NCBI GenBank assembly: GCA_965219265.1
Contig: OZ244730.1
Location: forward strand, 1,653,529-1,717,528
From: Arenicellales bacterium
GTDB taxonomy: Bacteria > Pseudomonadota > Gammaproteobacteria > Arenicellales > JAJDZL01
Length of the DNA stretch: 64,000 nt
Reading direction: 5' to 3'
Positions 27,604-38,220 of the stretch are shown piece after piece; the stretch's first letter is position 1, and each line of letters starts with the position of its first letter. The notes beneath the pieces are model-generated. The model saw only the letters and a program-made list of their open reading frames with translations. It had not been told where the DNA came from and ran no database searches. The translations under genes were made by a program, and so were the position numbers.

Positions 27604-28599
27604 ATGAATAAGCTACCCATGTTAAGTCCTTGGTTGCGGCGGTTTTTTACTGAACACATCAGCACCGAACGCAATTTAGCGGTGAATACCCGCAAAAGTT
27701 ATCGCGACACCTTCGTGATGCTGTTGCCCTACATAGCCACCCATTCCCGAAAATCGGTGGAACGGCTGTTAATTAGCGATATCACAGCACAGCGTGTGCT
27801 GGGGTTTCTCAATCACATCGAAACCGAGCGCGGCTGCACCGCGCAAACTCGCAACCAGCGCTTGAGCGCCATACGGGTGTTTACTCGCTACGTATGCAGC
27901 CGCAATCCCGCCTGTGTCGAGTGGGCCGGCAGCCTGCGTGCCATTGTCAACAAAAAGACCCGACCTGGACAGGTTTCGTGGCTGACCAAAGATCAAATCG
28001 AGTCGATCTTGGAGGTGCCCAATACCCGAAAATTCAGAGGCCGAGTCGAGTACGCACTGCTGCTGTTTCTCTATAACACAGGCGCTCGTGTGTCGGAGGC
28101 TATCGGATTGAGCGTCAGCAACCTTCAATTCGGCCAAAATAACGGGCGCCACGCCCTGGCCACCATCATGGGCAAAGGCGGCAAACTGCGCCAATGTCCG
28201 CTTTGGCCACGTACCGAAAAGGCGCTTCTTGAGTTGGTTGACAATAAACTCGACAGCGCCCCGGTGTTTGTAAGTCAACTGGGACAATCCTACACCCGTT
28301 TTGGAGTCTATCGGTTAGTGCAACGGTGCGCTGCCGCAGTTCCTGAACTGTCACAGCGGAACATCACACCGCATGTGATGCGACACAGTTGCGCCTGCCA
28401 TTTGCTTCGCGCCGGTGTCGACCTTAACACCATCCGATCATGGCTCGGTCACGTAAGTCTTGATACCACCAATATCTATGTCGCCATTGACCTGGATATG
28501 AAAGTTGATGCGATGCGAATTTGTGATACTGTGGAGATAAAATCGCCACCAAGCTGGAAGCAGGACACCAAGACAATGGCCTTCCTTAATTCACTGTGA
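27604..28599 (+). CDS. ritC: Tyrosine recombinase RitC (outer)
   Basis: GARVSEA, GKGGK, HVMRH, LGHVSLDTTNIYV. Confidence 0.9.
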   Translation: MNKLPMLSPWLRRFFTEHISTERNLAVNTRKSYRDTFVMLLPYIATHSRKSVERLLISDITAQRVLGFLNHIETERGCTAQTRNQRLSAIRVFTRYVCSRNPACVEWAGSLRAIVNKKTRPGQVSWLTKDQIESILEVPNTRKFRGRVEYALLLFLYNTGARVSEAIGLSVSNLQFGQNNGRHALATIMGKGGKLRQCPLWPRTEKALLELVDNKLDSAPVFVSQLGQSYTRFGVYRLVQRCAAAVPELSQRNITPHVMRHSCACHLLRAGVDLNTIRSWLGHVSLDTTNIYVAIDLDMKVDAMRICDTVEIKSPPSWKQDTKTMAFLNSL

Positions 28600-28605
28600 G
28601 TGTGA

Positions 28606-28719
28606 AAAATTATGTTGCGAGATTCAAAAACTATCAATTTGATTTCAGCGCGATAACGAATACTCGCAACATAATCAATTCCGCAACATTTTCGATTTTA
28701 TGTTGCATGCAACATAAAA
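28606..28719. repeat. Outer RIT right IR (28606-28691) plus perfect 24-bp palindrome (28696-28719)
   Basis: ttttatgttgcatgcaacataaaa palindrome follows the IR. Confidence 0.9.
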
Positions 28720-28765
28720 CCGGCAGTGACAATATGATGCGCCAGATGTTTACAAAACAATCCAA

Positions 28766-29845
28766 CTATTTATTGGAACTGTCCTTGCGAATGATTCGTG
28801 AGTACTCGAGAGCTCGTTCTCGTTGACTGGCATCACCTCGCACCAGAATTTCAACAATCAGATGCTTGGTTTCGGCCCATTCTTTCATTTCGACATAGAC
28901 TCGCACTAAATCCAGAAGGGTTTGGACATTTCCAAATTCTGATATCGGACCCAAAGTATCCCCAATCAGGTTTGCCTCCACTTCAAAGGGTTTTTTAGGC
29001 TCCGGATATTTATCTACCGGGTACTTCTCGGGAAACATAATGCGGCCAATCTGTGCTGCATGGCGGCCAATCTCTGATTCTTTGTCCAACCCTTCCGAGA
29101 AAATTACTGAAACCAGAGACTGATAGGCTTCGGGTTCATTACTGGCGGCTCGACAAGCAAGCAGATACATTGTTAATCCAGTGTGTTCCGGTCGTCGCTT
29201 GCGTTCTGCCATCAGTGCCTGTTCTACTTCTTCCAGCATGCCAGCCTTCAGTTTGCCAATCATTGTTCGAGGAACGCTCGGCTGCCTTGCTTTCTCGGCA
29301 TTCTTTGCGACAGCCTCATGATACGCTTTAGTGTTCGCTGCAGGTTTGGTACCCTGTATAGATTTTGTCTTGTGTTTTTTTCTCGATCTGGTCAATCGAA
29401 TACACAAGCCATAGCCAACTGAAACAACAAAAATAGAGCCGGACGTGAACAATACTAGAAGGAGTATCCATAAAGATCGTCCAACCTGATCACTCTGGTA
29501 GCGTTGCACTACCCACGCCCATTGCTCTGCAATGCTGTCACCCTGAACTTGAGAGATTTCGTTGCAAATCACACCGAAGAAGTTGACTGCTGCCGTCTCG
29601 GTTTCATTGAGACCACTTTTCGCAAGATTCGCAATTTGAGCAACTGTCGTCCTTGCAGTCGTCAATAACTCAGCCCAGGAACTCTCCGGCGCACTGGAAG
29701 AAGAAGACTGATTTGACTCAGATACAGCAACCGAAACGCCACTGTCGTCTTCCGAGGCTGCCAATTCAGGCTGAAAATTGACTAGAAAGATTACCGACAA
29801 TACCCAGAATATTCGGGTTAGCGACGGATTGCTTTTATTCTTCAA
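28766..29845 (-). CDS. Membrane protein with FimV/HubP-like C-terminal domain
   Basis: TM segments; C-terminal TLLDLVRVYVEM..E...LIVEIL.RGD.SQRERA resembles FimV C-terminus; lies directly after asd as fimV typically does. Confidence 0.6.
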   Translation of the reverse strand: MKNKSNPSLTRIFWVLSVIFLVNFQPELAASEDDSGVSVAVSESNQSSSSSAPESSWAELLTTARTTVAQIANLAKSGLNETETAAVNFFGVICNEISQVQGDSIAEQWAWVVQRYQSDQVGRSLWILLLVLFTSGSIFVVSVGYGLCIRLTRSRKKHKTKSIQGTKPAANTKAYHEAVAKNAEKARQPSVPRTMIGKLKAGMLEEVEQALMAERKRRPEHTGLTMYLLACRAASNEPEAYQSLVSVIFSEGLDKESEIGRHAAQIGRIMFPEKYPVDKYPEPKKPFEVEANLIGDTLGPISEFGNVQTLLDLVRVYVEMKEWAETKHLIVEILVRGDASQRERALEYSRIIRKDSSNK

Positions 29846-30858
29846 TTTTCTCCAAAAATCAGATATTCGGCAATTTGAATGCTGTTTAATGCACCCCCCT
29901 TCCTCAAATTATCCGAAACAACCCACATGTTCAGCCCACGATCATGAGAGATATCTTCTCGGATACGCCCGACAAAAACGTCATCCTTATTTGCAGCATC
30001 TGTAACAGCAGTCGGATATTGCAGTTCTTCCGGGTTATCGACTACTGTAACTCCTTTTGTAGCCTTTAGCAGTTCACGCGCCTGTGAAGCGCTCAATTTT
30101 TCTTTTGTTTCAATATGCACCGCTTCCGAGTGGCCGAAAAACACTGGAATTCTAACGGTTGTCGGATTCACTCGAATTGAGTCGTCGTTCAATATTTTGT
30201 GGGTCTCCCACACCATTTTCATCTCCTCTTTGGTGTAACCATTTTCCTGGAATACATCGATATGAGGAATGGCATTAAATGCAATCTGTCTAGGGCTTAC
30301 TGAAACTTCAGCATCGCGGCCGCTCAGTAGCGCTGCTGATTGTGTAGCGAGTTCATTTACGGCAGATCTTCCAGCACCGGATACAGACTGGTAAGTACAC
30401 ACATTGATTCTGTCAATGCCCACGGCATCATAAATCGGCTTGAGTGCTACGATCATCTGGATAGTCGAACAATTGGGATTCGCAATCAATCGATTGTGGT
30501 CTTGTAGCGCTTCACCGTTGACTTCAGGAATAATCAATGGAATATCAGGATCATAACGAAATCGCGAGGTATTGTCGATGACTGTGCATCCTTGCTCTGC
30601 TGCTTTGGGAGCATAAACATCTGAGACACTCGCACCTGCCGAAAACAATCCATATTGAACACGCGAAAAATCAAATTCCGACAGAAGTCCGATTTCCACG
30701 GACTCGCCATTAAATTGCAATGTGGTACCGGCTGAACGTTCGCTTCCCAAAGGATAAATGTTGCGGATGGGAAATTTCCGTTCCTCCAGAATTGACATCA
30801 TGGCTTCGCCAATCATTCCAGACGCGCCGACTACAGCAACGTCATACCTACCGTTCAT
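29842..30858 (-). CDS. asd: Aspartate-semialdehyde dehydrogenase
   Basis: VGASGMIG, ANPNCST, TYQSVSGAG, DNLRKGGA. Confidence 0.97.
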   Translation of the reverse strand: MNGRYDVAVVGASGMIGEAMMSILEERKFPIRNIYPLGSERSAGTTLQFNGESVEIGLLSEFDFSRVQYGLFSAGASVSDVYAPKAAEQGCTVIDNTSRFRYDPDIPLIIPEVNGEALQDHNRLIANPNCSTIQMIVALKPIYDAVGIDRINVCTYQSVSGAGRSAVNELATQSAALLSGRDAEVSVSPRQIAFNAIPHIDVFQENGYTKEEMKMVWETHKILNDDSIRVNPTTVRIPVFFGHSEAVHIETKEKLSASQARELLKATKGVTVVDNPEELQYPTAVTDAANKDDVFVGRIREDISHDRGLNMWVVSDNLRKGGALNSIQIAEYLIFGEN

Positions 30859-30889
30859 GATCAATTTCCTACTGATAAATTCAATTTCG

Positions 30890-31978
30890 TCAGTTCAACA
30901 TTTGCTGAAGCTCATTGAGAACTTCGGTTCCCATTTGCTCGGTTCCAACAGCAACAGCACCTGTAAAGTATATATCGGGTGTGCGCATGCCTTTATCAAT
31001 GACATTCTCCACTGCCCGTTCCACTTTGCCTGCCAGCTCATCCATTTCCAGAGTGTAGCGAAGCAGCATCGCCAGTGACAAAATTGTAGCCAGGGGATTT
31101 GCTTTGTCCTGGCCGGCAATGTCTGGTGCTGTTCCGTGCACCGGTTCATATAGTCCTTTGCGATCTTTGTCCAGCGAGGCCGATGGCAGCATTCCAATGG
31201 AACCGGTTAACATGGCGGATATATCCGACAGAATGTCTCCGAACATGTTGGTTGTCACAATTACGTCGAACTGCTTCGGATACCGCACCAGTTGCATGGC
31301 AGCATTGTCGACCAGCATGTGACTCAGTTCAACATCAGGATAAGATTCTCCGACCTCTGTTACGACTTGTCTCCAAAATTCTGTTGTTTCAAGCACATTC
31401 GCCTTGTCAATTGAACAGACCTGACTCTTGCGTTGGCGGGCGATCTGGAAAGCTACGTGTGCAATTCTAGTAATTTCGTCTTCCTCGTACACCAGCGTAT
31501 TGATGCCCCGTCGCTTGCCTGAACTCATGGTTTCAACGCCGCGCGGCTGGCCAAAGTAAATTCCGCCTGTCAGTTCGCGAATGATCATGATGTCAAGTCC
31601 TGTCACAATTTCATCTTTCAGCGAAGAAGACGATGCCAATGATGGAAACATGATCGCCGGCCGAAGATTCGCAAACAGACCCATTTCACGGCGAAATCTC
31701 AACAAAGCGGTCTCTGGTCTAAGCTCACGCGGAAGCGTATCCCATTTGCTGCCTCCGGCAGCACCAAACAATATGGCGTCGCTCTCTTTTGCCAGAGACA
31801 AAGTGTTTTCCGGCAATGGATTGCCTGTTTTGTCATAGGCAGCACCACCCAAGTCGCTATACTCCCATGTTACGTTCAGGCCAGCCGATTCTCGCAACAG
31901 CTCTAGAATGCGAGTTGCTTGCGTCACAATTTCAGGACCGATGCCATCTCCCGGAATTATTAATAGCTTTGTTGTCAT
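30890..31978 (-). CDS. leuB: 3-isopropylmalate dehydrogenase
   Basis: [45 protein letters not shown]. Confidence 0.97.
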   Translation of the reverse strand: MTTKLLIIPGDGIGPEIVTQATRILELLRESAGLNVTWEYSDLGGAAYDKTGNPLPENTLSLAKESDAILFGAAGGSKWDTLPRELRPETALLRFRREMGLFANLRPAIMFPSLASSSSLKDEIVTGLDIMIIRELTGGIYFGQPRGVETMSSGKRRGINTLVYEEDEITRIAHVAFQIARQRKSQVCSIDKANVLETTEFWRQVVTEVGESYPDVELSHMLVDNAAMQLVRYPKQFDVIVTTNMFGDILSDISAMLTGSIGMLPSASLDKDRKGLYEPVHGTAPDIAGQDKANPLATILSLAMLLRYTLEMDELAGKVERAVENVIDKGMRTPDIYFTGAVAVGTEQMGTEVLNELQQMLN

Positions 31979-32095
31979 ACAATACTTTCCAAATTAGTGT
32001 GAATTAAAAATGCGTTATATTATGGTGCTGTAAACAGTAAATTGGATTGTCCAATTTTACATGTGTTTCACAGTTAAAAATTCATTCGTGATGAA

Positions 32096-32536
32096 ATGGC
32101 AACGAGCAAATCTGCAAAAAATGGGGAACTACCCGCCACTTTCCGTCAACTCGCGATAACTTTGTCCAACGGCATCGGTAGTCATCAGATTCCGGTTGTT
32201 GAAGATGCAATGCACCCCGCCGCACTGATCACATCAGACGCCATTCATTACGAACTCGTAAAAAAAATATTTCGCACAATTTATCGAGCGAATCATTGTT
32301 ACCACCTCAATGCATCAATTGATTTTGTAAAAACATTCGATGCACTTGGAAGAATTCAGGAAGAACTACTGAATTCGCGCAATTCCGATATTGATCAAGT
32401 TAATCTGCTACATCAGATTGGCACTTTGTCAGTTGAATTCTTTCGCGAGCGAAACTCCTATCCGTCGATAAAAAGTTCCGCACAACCCAGCACTGAAACG
32501 AATACCGAGAAAGTTACGACAACTAATTTCGGCTGA
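32096..32536 (+). CDS. Hypothetical protein
   Basis: 146-aa ORF filling the gap between leuB and aroC, with no competing long frame. Confidence 0.55.
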   Translation: MATSKSAKNGELPATFRQLAITLSNGIGSHQIPVVEDAMHPAALITSDAIHYELVKKIFRTIYRANHCYHLNASIDFVKTFDALGRIQEELLNSRNSDIDQVNLLHQIGTLSVEFFRERNSYPSIKSSAQPSTETNTEKVTTTNFG

Positions 32537-32659
32537 TTTAAATCTGTTTGCCCTGCAGATTCTGTCAAACTGCCAAGTCAGACTTTGCATGAATGCTGAC
32601 TTCAGAATTATTGATCCTAGGCGAACTCAGGTTTAGTTTCGAACGGTGCGATAACTCCT

Positions 32660-33823
32660 TCAATCTTCACCGGATGCTTCAAAAGTCGCACTGTCGCTTA
32701 AGTGGGCTGACTTTTTCGCATCACTGCCAGCGATACCTGGAATTTCCGGTGCATCTGGTATTACATCGGCATACTGTGCACGGTGAAGAAGCGCCATATC
32801 GACTAGTACCAGTGCCAGCATCGCTTCAACGATCGGAGTGGCTCGAAGCCCTACACACGGGTCATGTCGACCAGTGACAGAAATCTCCACCTCTTCACTA
32901 TCGCGGTTTACCGTTGTACCGGGTACAACGATGCTGGAGGTCGGTTTGAATGCAACTTTTGCCATGACCGGTTGGCCAGTCGAAATTCCGCCAGCTACTC
33001 CACCGGAGTTGTTCGATTGGAATCCATCAGAAGTCATCTCATCTCGATATTCAGAACCCTTCATTGCAACACTGGTAAATCCAGCTCCGATTTCCACTCC
33101 CTTGACGGCATTTATGCCCATCATCGCACTGGCAATTTCCGCATCAAGGCGTGAATACAGCGGTTCTCCCCACCCGCTTGGGACACCATTTGCTTCAACT
33201 GAAACGCAAGCGCCCACAGAATCACCGGCTCTTCTGACTTCATCAATATACTGTTCCAGATCTTCGACCTGATCCATACACGGCCAGAAAAACGGGTTGC
33301 GCTCCACATCTTCCCATCGGCACATCCTCGGATGAATTCCGCCGATCTGGGAAACATAGCCGCGGATCGTCGTTCCGAATCGCTCGCTCAAATACTTCTT
33401 GGCAATCGCTCCGGCAGCGACGCGCATGGCTGTTTCTCTTGCTGAGGAACGGCCACCTCCGCGGTAGTCGCGGATTCCGTACTTTCGCGCATATGTGTAG
33501 TCCGCATGGCCTGGTCGAAATCGATCCGCAATTTTCGAATAATCGCGAGATCGTTGCTCAGTATTGCGAATGAGCATGCCGATGGGCGCACCGGTGGTCT
33601 TGCCTTCGAATATGCCTGACAGCAACTCAATCTGATCAGACTCTCGGCGTTGGGTGGTGAAGCGGGAGCTTCCGGGTTTTCTTCGATCCAGATCTAGCTG
33701 GATGTCCGCTTCAGACAGATTCATGCCGGGAGGGCAACCATCAACGACACAACCAATCGCTGTCCCGTGACTCTCGCCGAATGTCGTGAGAGTGAAAATT
33801 TTTCCAAAAGTATTACCCGACAT
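32660..33823 (-). CDS. aroC: Chorismate synthase
   Basis: GESHG, RPGHAD, RSSARET, GRHDPC. Confidence 0.97.
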   Translation of the reverse strand: MSGNTFGKIFTLTTFGESHGTAIGCVVDGCPPGMNLSEADIQLDLDRRKPGSSRFTTQRRESDQIELLSGIFEGKTTGAPIGMLIRNTEQRSRDYSKIADRFRPGHADYTYARKYGIRDYRGGGRSSARETAMRVAAGAIAKKYLSERFGTTIRGYVSQIGGIHPRMCRWEDVERNPFFWPCMDQVEDLEQYIDEVRRAGDSVGACVSVEANGVPSGWGEPLYSRLDAEIASAMMGINAVKGVEIGAGFTSVAMKGSEYRDEMTSDGFQSNNSGGVAGGISTGQPVMAKVAFKPTSSIVVPGTTVNRDSEEVEISVTGRHDPCVGLRATPIVEAMLALVLVDMALLHRAQYADVIPDAPEIPGIAGSDAKKSAHLSDSATFEASGED

Positions 33824-34136
33824 CGACGCAGTTCTCCTTTACTCCATTGCGACAGGCAGCGTCAACCAATTCTATCAATAAAAAAAACGGAATGATGGGG
33901 CGCAGCTGTCTAGCTCTTTGCATGAAATCCAAGCCTCGACCGTCTGAAAATTCAGATTCTCCTTCGAGTCGATTTTGCAGTGACTGTAACGATTTGGCCA
34001 TATTGCGAAACTCTTCTGCGTAATCGTACAGTTCGTCTTCGAGATCTTCTTCCACACAGATGGACAGCTCTTCAAACTCAAAAACTGCCTGATCAATTGC
34101 GTTCGTTAATTCGCTTACACTCTTTAATGGTTGCAT
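33813..34136 (-). CDS. Hypothetical acidic protein
   Basis: 107-aa ORF overlapping the aroC start, co-oriented. Confidence 0.6.
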   Translation of the reverse strand: MQPLKSVSELTNAIDQAVFEFEELSICVEEDLEDELYDYAEEFRNMAKSLQSLQNRLEGESEFSDGRGLDFMQRARQLRPIIPFFLLIELVDAACRNGVKENCVDVG

Positions 34137-34150
34137 TTACGAAGAAGGCA

Positions 34151-34570
34151 CTAGTGTCTTGTCATTCGTCAAGTGTCGGATCAAGGCATTTCAGTTTGAT
34201 ACGCGCATCATCGGATGTGAATTGCCAGCCAACTTTTGCCTCCAATCCGTCTCTTTGTGACTGCCACGCAGCAACTTGCCGACTCATGGTGACCGTTGCA
34301 TCGATTCTCCGATTCCGGCGCAGCCGTGCCATGACTCGAATTTCAACCTCCGCAACATTGAGCCAACTGCCGTCCATAGATATGGTTTCGCAGCTAAACT
34401 TTACATCTCCGCAAAAATTCAAGCGAAGTTCGGGGGCGCTGTTTAGAGTTGAACAAGGCGAAGTAGTTTGACGTCGCTATCATCGGAATTCTTCCGACTC
34501 TCACATCGGCCTGTCGCTGGATCATTGAGACGCAGCTAGCCAGAAGTGAGTGCCGCCACGAAGTACTGGT
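34151..34570 (-). mobile_element. Degraded IS630-family remnant (3' part)
   Basis: GSWLNVAEVE..W..QRD...W.FT..DARIKLK C-terminal transposase motifs; ends ..GACACTAG typical of IS630 ends; upstream part has stops. Confidence 0.75.
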
Positions 34571-34635
34571 GACTCAATCGATTCGATTGCGAATCCTCAG
34601 CTGGCAAGAGATACGGTCTGGATCAGAATTCTTAT

Positions 34636-34863
34636 TCAATGTCGCTGTAGATTGTTCTGAATCTGCTCGACTTGTTTACGACTCATTCCGGTATATTGAC
34701 AAATCTTACTGATTTCCATCCCATCGCGAATCAAATTTTCGGCGAATTTTTCCGAAGCTCTTTTCTCTCCCTCTTTCACGCCTTCTTTCAGCCCTTGTTC
34801 CATGCCTTGTTCCATGCCTTGTTCCAAGCTCTCATTTTTAATTTCGTCAAAATAAGATAACAT
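34636..34863 (-). CDS. Putative internally initiated small protein (RpnS-like, 75 aa)
   Basis: In-frame ATG at 34863 preceded by AGAGGA with 8-nt spacer, just before the EQG repeats. Confidence 0.55.
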   Translation of the reverse strand: MLSYFDEIKNESLEQGMEQGMEQGLKEGVKEGEKRASEKFAENLIRDGMEISKICQYTGMSRKQVEQIQNNLQRH

Positions 34864-35646
34864 TGATCGTTTCCTCTTCGGTAGTGTTTGCTCTTCAATG
34901 CGAGCTATGGTTTCGTAGCTAATGCGCTTGCTATGTGTCAAGTGGGACTGCAGATAGTTTACCACCATTGGCAGCAGCCGATTCCGTTTTTCATCGCTCA
35001 AACCTTTTGCCAGTCGAAACACCTTTTCGAACGTTCGCTCATCGGCATCCCACACCTTCGACAGCGCGTAAAGCACCACCTCAGAATCCATGCCAGCGGC
35101 GCGTCTTTGTGCAATGACCTCATGCAAATTCACCATCTTGCACCTGAAATTCAAAAAATACCCGCCCCATTCACGTTGCAGGTGATCGGAAACCGGCTGC
35201 AAGCTCTGTTGGAACTCCAAGGGTCCCGACCAATTGGGCTTTTTACCGTTGTAGATGATCATCGGCAGGACCCGGCATTGTTTGCCTTCTCGTAAATACA
35301 GCGACGTCTGATAGCCCAGCAGTTGCATCAGCGCGTTGGAGTCCGAGACGCTTTTGTGCTCCAGCAAAAAAATGAACTTGGTGGAGGAGTTGTCCTCCTT
35401 GGTGTGGACCGAAAAGATCAAGTCGGCGAACTTCTCGCGCCCGGCTTGATCGATCACAGAACTGGAATCCATATTCAGGGTCGGCCAGTTGAACTCGTTG
35501 TTGGTGGCCTCGTCAAAGACGATTTCGAACAGCTCCCGGCTCAAGTCGTCCACCCCGTCCTCACGATGATAGGTGAACTTGAATAGATTATCGTGAGTCG
35601 GTTCGATAGAACGGTCTGGGGGTGATTGGGATGTGGGCTTGGCCAT
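34636..35646 (-). CDS. Rpn family PD-(D/E)xK nuclease (YhgA-like)
   Basis: HDNLFK, ADLIFSV, LEHKS, PMIIYNG; C-terminal EQGMEQG repeats and TGMS motif. Confidence 0.9.
   Translation of the reverse strand: MAKPTSQSPPDRSIEPTHDNLFKFTYHREDGVDDLSRELFEIVFDEATNNEFNWPTLNMDSSSVIDQAGREKFADLIFSVHTKEDNSSTKFIFLLEHKSVSDSNALMQLLGYQTSLYLREGKQCRVLPMIIYNGKKPNWSGPLEFQQSLQPVSDHLQREWGGYFLNFRCKMVNLHEVIAQRRAAGMDSEVVLYALSKVWDADERTFEKVFRLAKGLSDEKRNRLLPMVVNYLQSHLTHSKRISYETIARIEEQTLPKRKRSMLSYFDEIKNESLEQGMEQGMEQGLKEGVKEGEKRASEKFAENLIRDGMEISKICQYTGMSRKQVEQIQNNLQRH
34793..34828. repeat. 12-bp coding tandem repeat (EQGM) x3
   Basis: ccttgttccatg units in the rpn 3' region. Confidence 0.8.
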
Positions 35647-36036
35647 GGTTGCCACTCCGGGTGTACGTTGCACATGTTGATCAAGTGTCTCGAACCGCTT
35701 CGCGATTCGAACGACTCGAACCTTATCTGAACTCGTCGACCGCACAGGCCGTGCGGGTCGGGGTTGCGAATTCTCGGGCTAACTTAACTCATTCGCATGA
35801 AAAGTCAAGCGAATAATGAAAATTGCTCGTGATGAGTTTTTTTGTGCCCGTACTTCCATACCGCTGCGCGGATCCAACAATGTCCAGTAGACTTCAAACA
35901 GTTCCTGAACTCTATTGGCTGGAGACAAAATAATTCCCGATATGAATTTGGAAACTGATCGCAGTGATTGATTCGGAGAACTTCGCCTTTTGAGGGTGTT
36001 GTGAGGATTTGACTGCTGGGTGCAGGCATCACCCTC

Positions 36037-36528
36037 TCAATTCACTCTGCCAAGGCTTGCTTTCGTTATTTTCAATCCCGCCCGCACCGTCTCGCAAGGA
36101 AACTTGTTGATATAGTCGAACTCAACCGCACGCTGTACCAACAGCCACAACGCCCATTGTGAATATGCACTGCTGCTGAGCGCAACCATGAGGGCTTCAA
36201 TTTCACCGGCCGCCTTGCGCTCGTAAAAACACTGCTTGCCCTGCTGACCGCCGAGCGCTATTTCACCCGCCCCACCTTGGCGGCGAATCTGCAGCACACC
36301 GGCTATGGTTTCATCAAACCTTGGCGGTTCATTGATTTCACCCGCGGAGCTGTTCAGCTAAATCAACGCATTGAGCGCTTCCTGTGATGAATGCGAACCG
36401 TTCCCTACAATCTCTCCATGCTGATTGCGTTCCAATTTCCGTCGTGCTGCCACGTAGCGTTTGTTCTTTTGTAAATCCTCGTTGTTCAATCTGGCAACAA
36501 CGAGAATCGATTGGAATTGATACAACAT
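36037..36528 (-). pseudogene. Possible degraded gene with in-frame TAG at 36358-36360
   Basis: ATG 36528 lies 18 bp after dcd; the frame is open for 163 codons except one TAG; no family recognised. Confidence 0.3.
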
Positions 36529-36546
36529 TACATAGTTGACATGACA

Positions 36547-37113
36547 CTAGGTTACCGGCAAAGTGACTCCGACCTGACCTTGGTATTTGCCGTTCCGATC
36601 TTTGTATGAAGTCTCGCAGTGCTGAGAAGACTCGAAGAAAACAACTTGAGCTACACCTTCATTGGCATAAATCTTTGCCGGCAAGGGCGTTGTATTCGAA
36701 AACTCCAACGTCGCATGCCCTTCCCACTCCGGCTCAAACGGCGTTACGTTTACGATAATGCCGCATCGAGCATAGGTCGACTTACCCAAACACACTGTAA
36801 GAACAGAACGCGGAATCCTGAAGTATTCCACCGTTCTTGCAAGCGCGAATGAATTCGGCGGTATGATGCAGACATCGCCGGTATAGTCAACAAAACTATC
36901 TTCCGCAAAGTCTTTCGGATCGACGATAGCCGTATTGATATTGGTGAAGATCTTGAACTCAGCCGAACAGCGAATGTCATATCCATAACTTGAAGTGCCA
37001 TAGGATATGACGCGTTCACCGTCAACGCGGCTGACTTGTTCGGCGATAAATGGATCAATCATTCCATGTTGCGTCGCCATTTCTCGAATCCATCGATCAG
37101 GCTTGATGGACAA
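36547..37113 (-). CDS. dcd: dCTP deaminase
   Basis: [26 protein letters not shown]. Confidence 0.97.
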   Translation of the reverse strand: MSIKPDRWIREMATQHGMIDPFIAEQVSRVDGERVISYGTSSYGYDIRCSAEFKIFTNINTAIVDPKDFAEDSFVDYTGDVCIIPPNSFALARTVEYFRIPRSVLTVCLGKSTYARCGIIVNVTPFEPEWEGHATLEFSNTTPLPAKIYANEGVAQVVFFESSQHCETSYKDRNGKYQGQVGVTLPVT

Positions 37114-37128
37114 TTCGAACCTCCAAGT

Positions 37129-38220
37129 TCAAGTATTTTGAATTACGATTGACGGAAAATCACTCGTGAAGTCTTTTTTACGCCTTGAAAGTCGGGCTGC
37201 GGTAGTGCGAGCAATTTTTCGATAAATTTGAGCAATGTCGCCATCCGGGTCATTGACGACAGTCGGACGGCCGTTGTCCGCATCGCTGCGTATTCTTGTA
37301 TCAAGCGGAATCCCGCCTAAGTAACTGACATCATACTCCTGAGCCATACGCTGACCACCACCCTCGCCGAATATGTGCTCCTGATGTCCACACTGGCTAC
37401 AGATGTGCATGCTCATATTTTCCACCACTCCGAGCACTTCGATTTCCACTTTCTCAAACATGCGATATGCCTTGCGGGCGTCCAGCAGTGCAATATCCTG
37501 CGGTGTGGTAACGATCACTGCACCGCTGACGGGCACTCTTTGAGCCAGCGTGAGCTGAATGTCTCCTGTGCCGGGCGGTAGATCAATCACCAGATAGTCG
37601 AGTTCGTTCCAGGTAGTTTGGTTCAAAAGCTGATCCAGAGCTTGAGTGACCATGGGGCCTCTCCAGATCATGGGAGTTTCCTCTTCGATCAGAAAGCCGA
37701 TTGACATGGTTTGCAGGTGGTAGCTGTAAACCGGCTGCATTGACTTTCCGTCCTTGGACTGAGGTTTACCGCGAACCCCCAGCATTCGAGGCTGACTTGG
37801 GCCGTAAATGTCCGCATCCAAAATACCCACCTGCGCGCCTTCAGCCGATAATGCAAGAGCTAGATTTGCAGATACAGTCGATTTGCCGACTCCGCCTTTG
37901 CCGGAAGCAACGGCAATCATGTTTTTGACACCGGGTATCGGTGTGACTCCTTTCTGCACAGAATGCGAAGAAACTTTGGTATTCATGTCAACCAGAACTT
38001 CTGAAACGCCGTCCACTGCCGCCAGTCTGCCTTCGATGTCGGCTTTCAACTCCGGCAACCAGCTCTTCGCTGGATACCCCAGTTCCACATTGACCCGAAC
38101 AGTACTGTTGTCAATGGATATATTCTTGATTTTTCGATCTGCCGTCAAGGATGAATTCGTATGCGGATCCTGAATCTGCGACAGGAAGGATTCAATATCG
38201 GATTTCGTTACAGTTGTCAT
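37129..38220 (-). CDS. apbC: Fe-S cluster carrier ApbC/Mrp
   Basis: SGKGGVGKS, DADIYGPS, DLPPGTGD, ENMS..C..CG. Confidence 0.95.
   Translation of the reverse strand: MTTVTKSDIESFLSQIQDPHTNSSLTADRKIKNISIDNSTVRVNVELGYPAKSWLPELKADIEGRLAAVDGVSEVLVDMNTKVSSHSVQKGVTPIPGVKNMIAVASGKGGVGKSTVSANLALALSAEGAQVGILDADIYGPSQPRMLGVRGKPQSKDGKSMQPVYSYHLQTMSIGFLIEEETPMIWRGPMVTQALDQLLNQTTWNELDYLVIDLPPGTGDIQLTLAQRVPVSGAVIVTTPQDIALLDARKAYRMFEKVEIEVLGVVENMSMHICSQCGHQEHIFGEGGGQRMAQEYDVSYLGGIPLDTRIRSDADNGRPTVVNDPDGDIAQIYRKIARTTAARLSRRKKDFTSDFPSIVIQNT

Larger units (their letters stand above)
23209..27611 (+). pseudogene. ritB: Tyrosine recombinase RitB (outer), split into 23209-23963 and 27416-27611 by the inner RIT
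   Basis: ..PTLHSFRH | TFAVHRLTDWYRQG..LGHSSLQSTQIYL; the rejoined pieces give 755+196=951 nt, an intact frame. Confidence 0.9.
21826..28717 (+). mobile_element. Outer RIT element (three tyrosine recombinases), interrupted by a second RIT
   Basis: Overlapping ritA-ritB-ritC; 86-bp terminal IRs; terminal palindrome; 6-bp cores aatcgg (21820-25) and aaccgg (28718-23). Confidence 0.9.
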
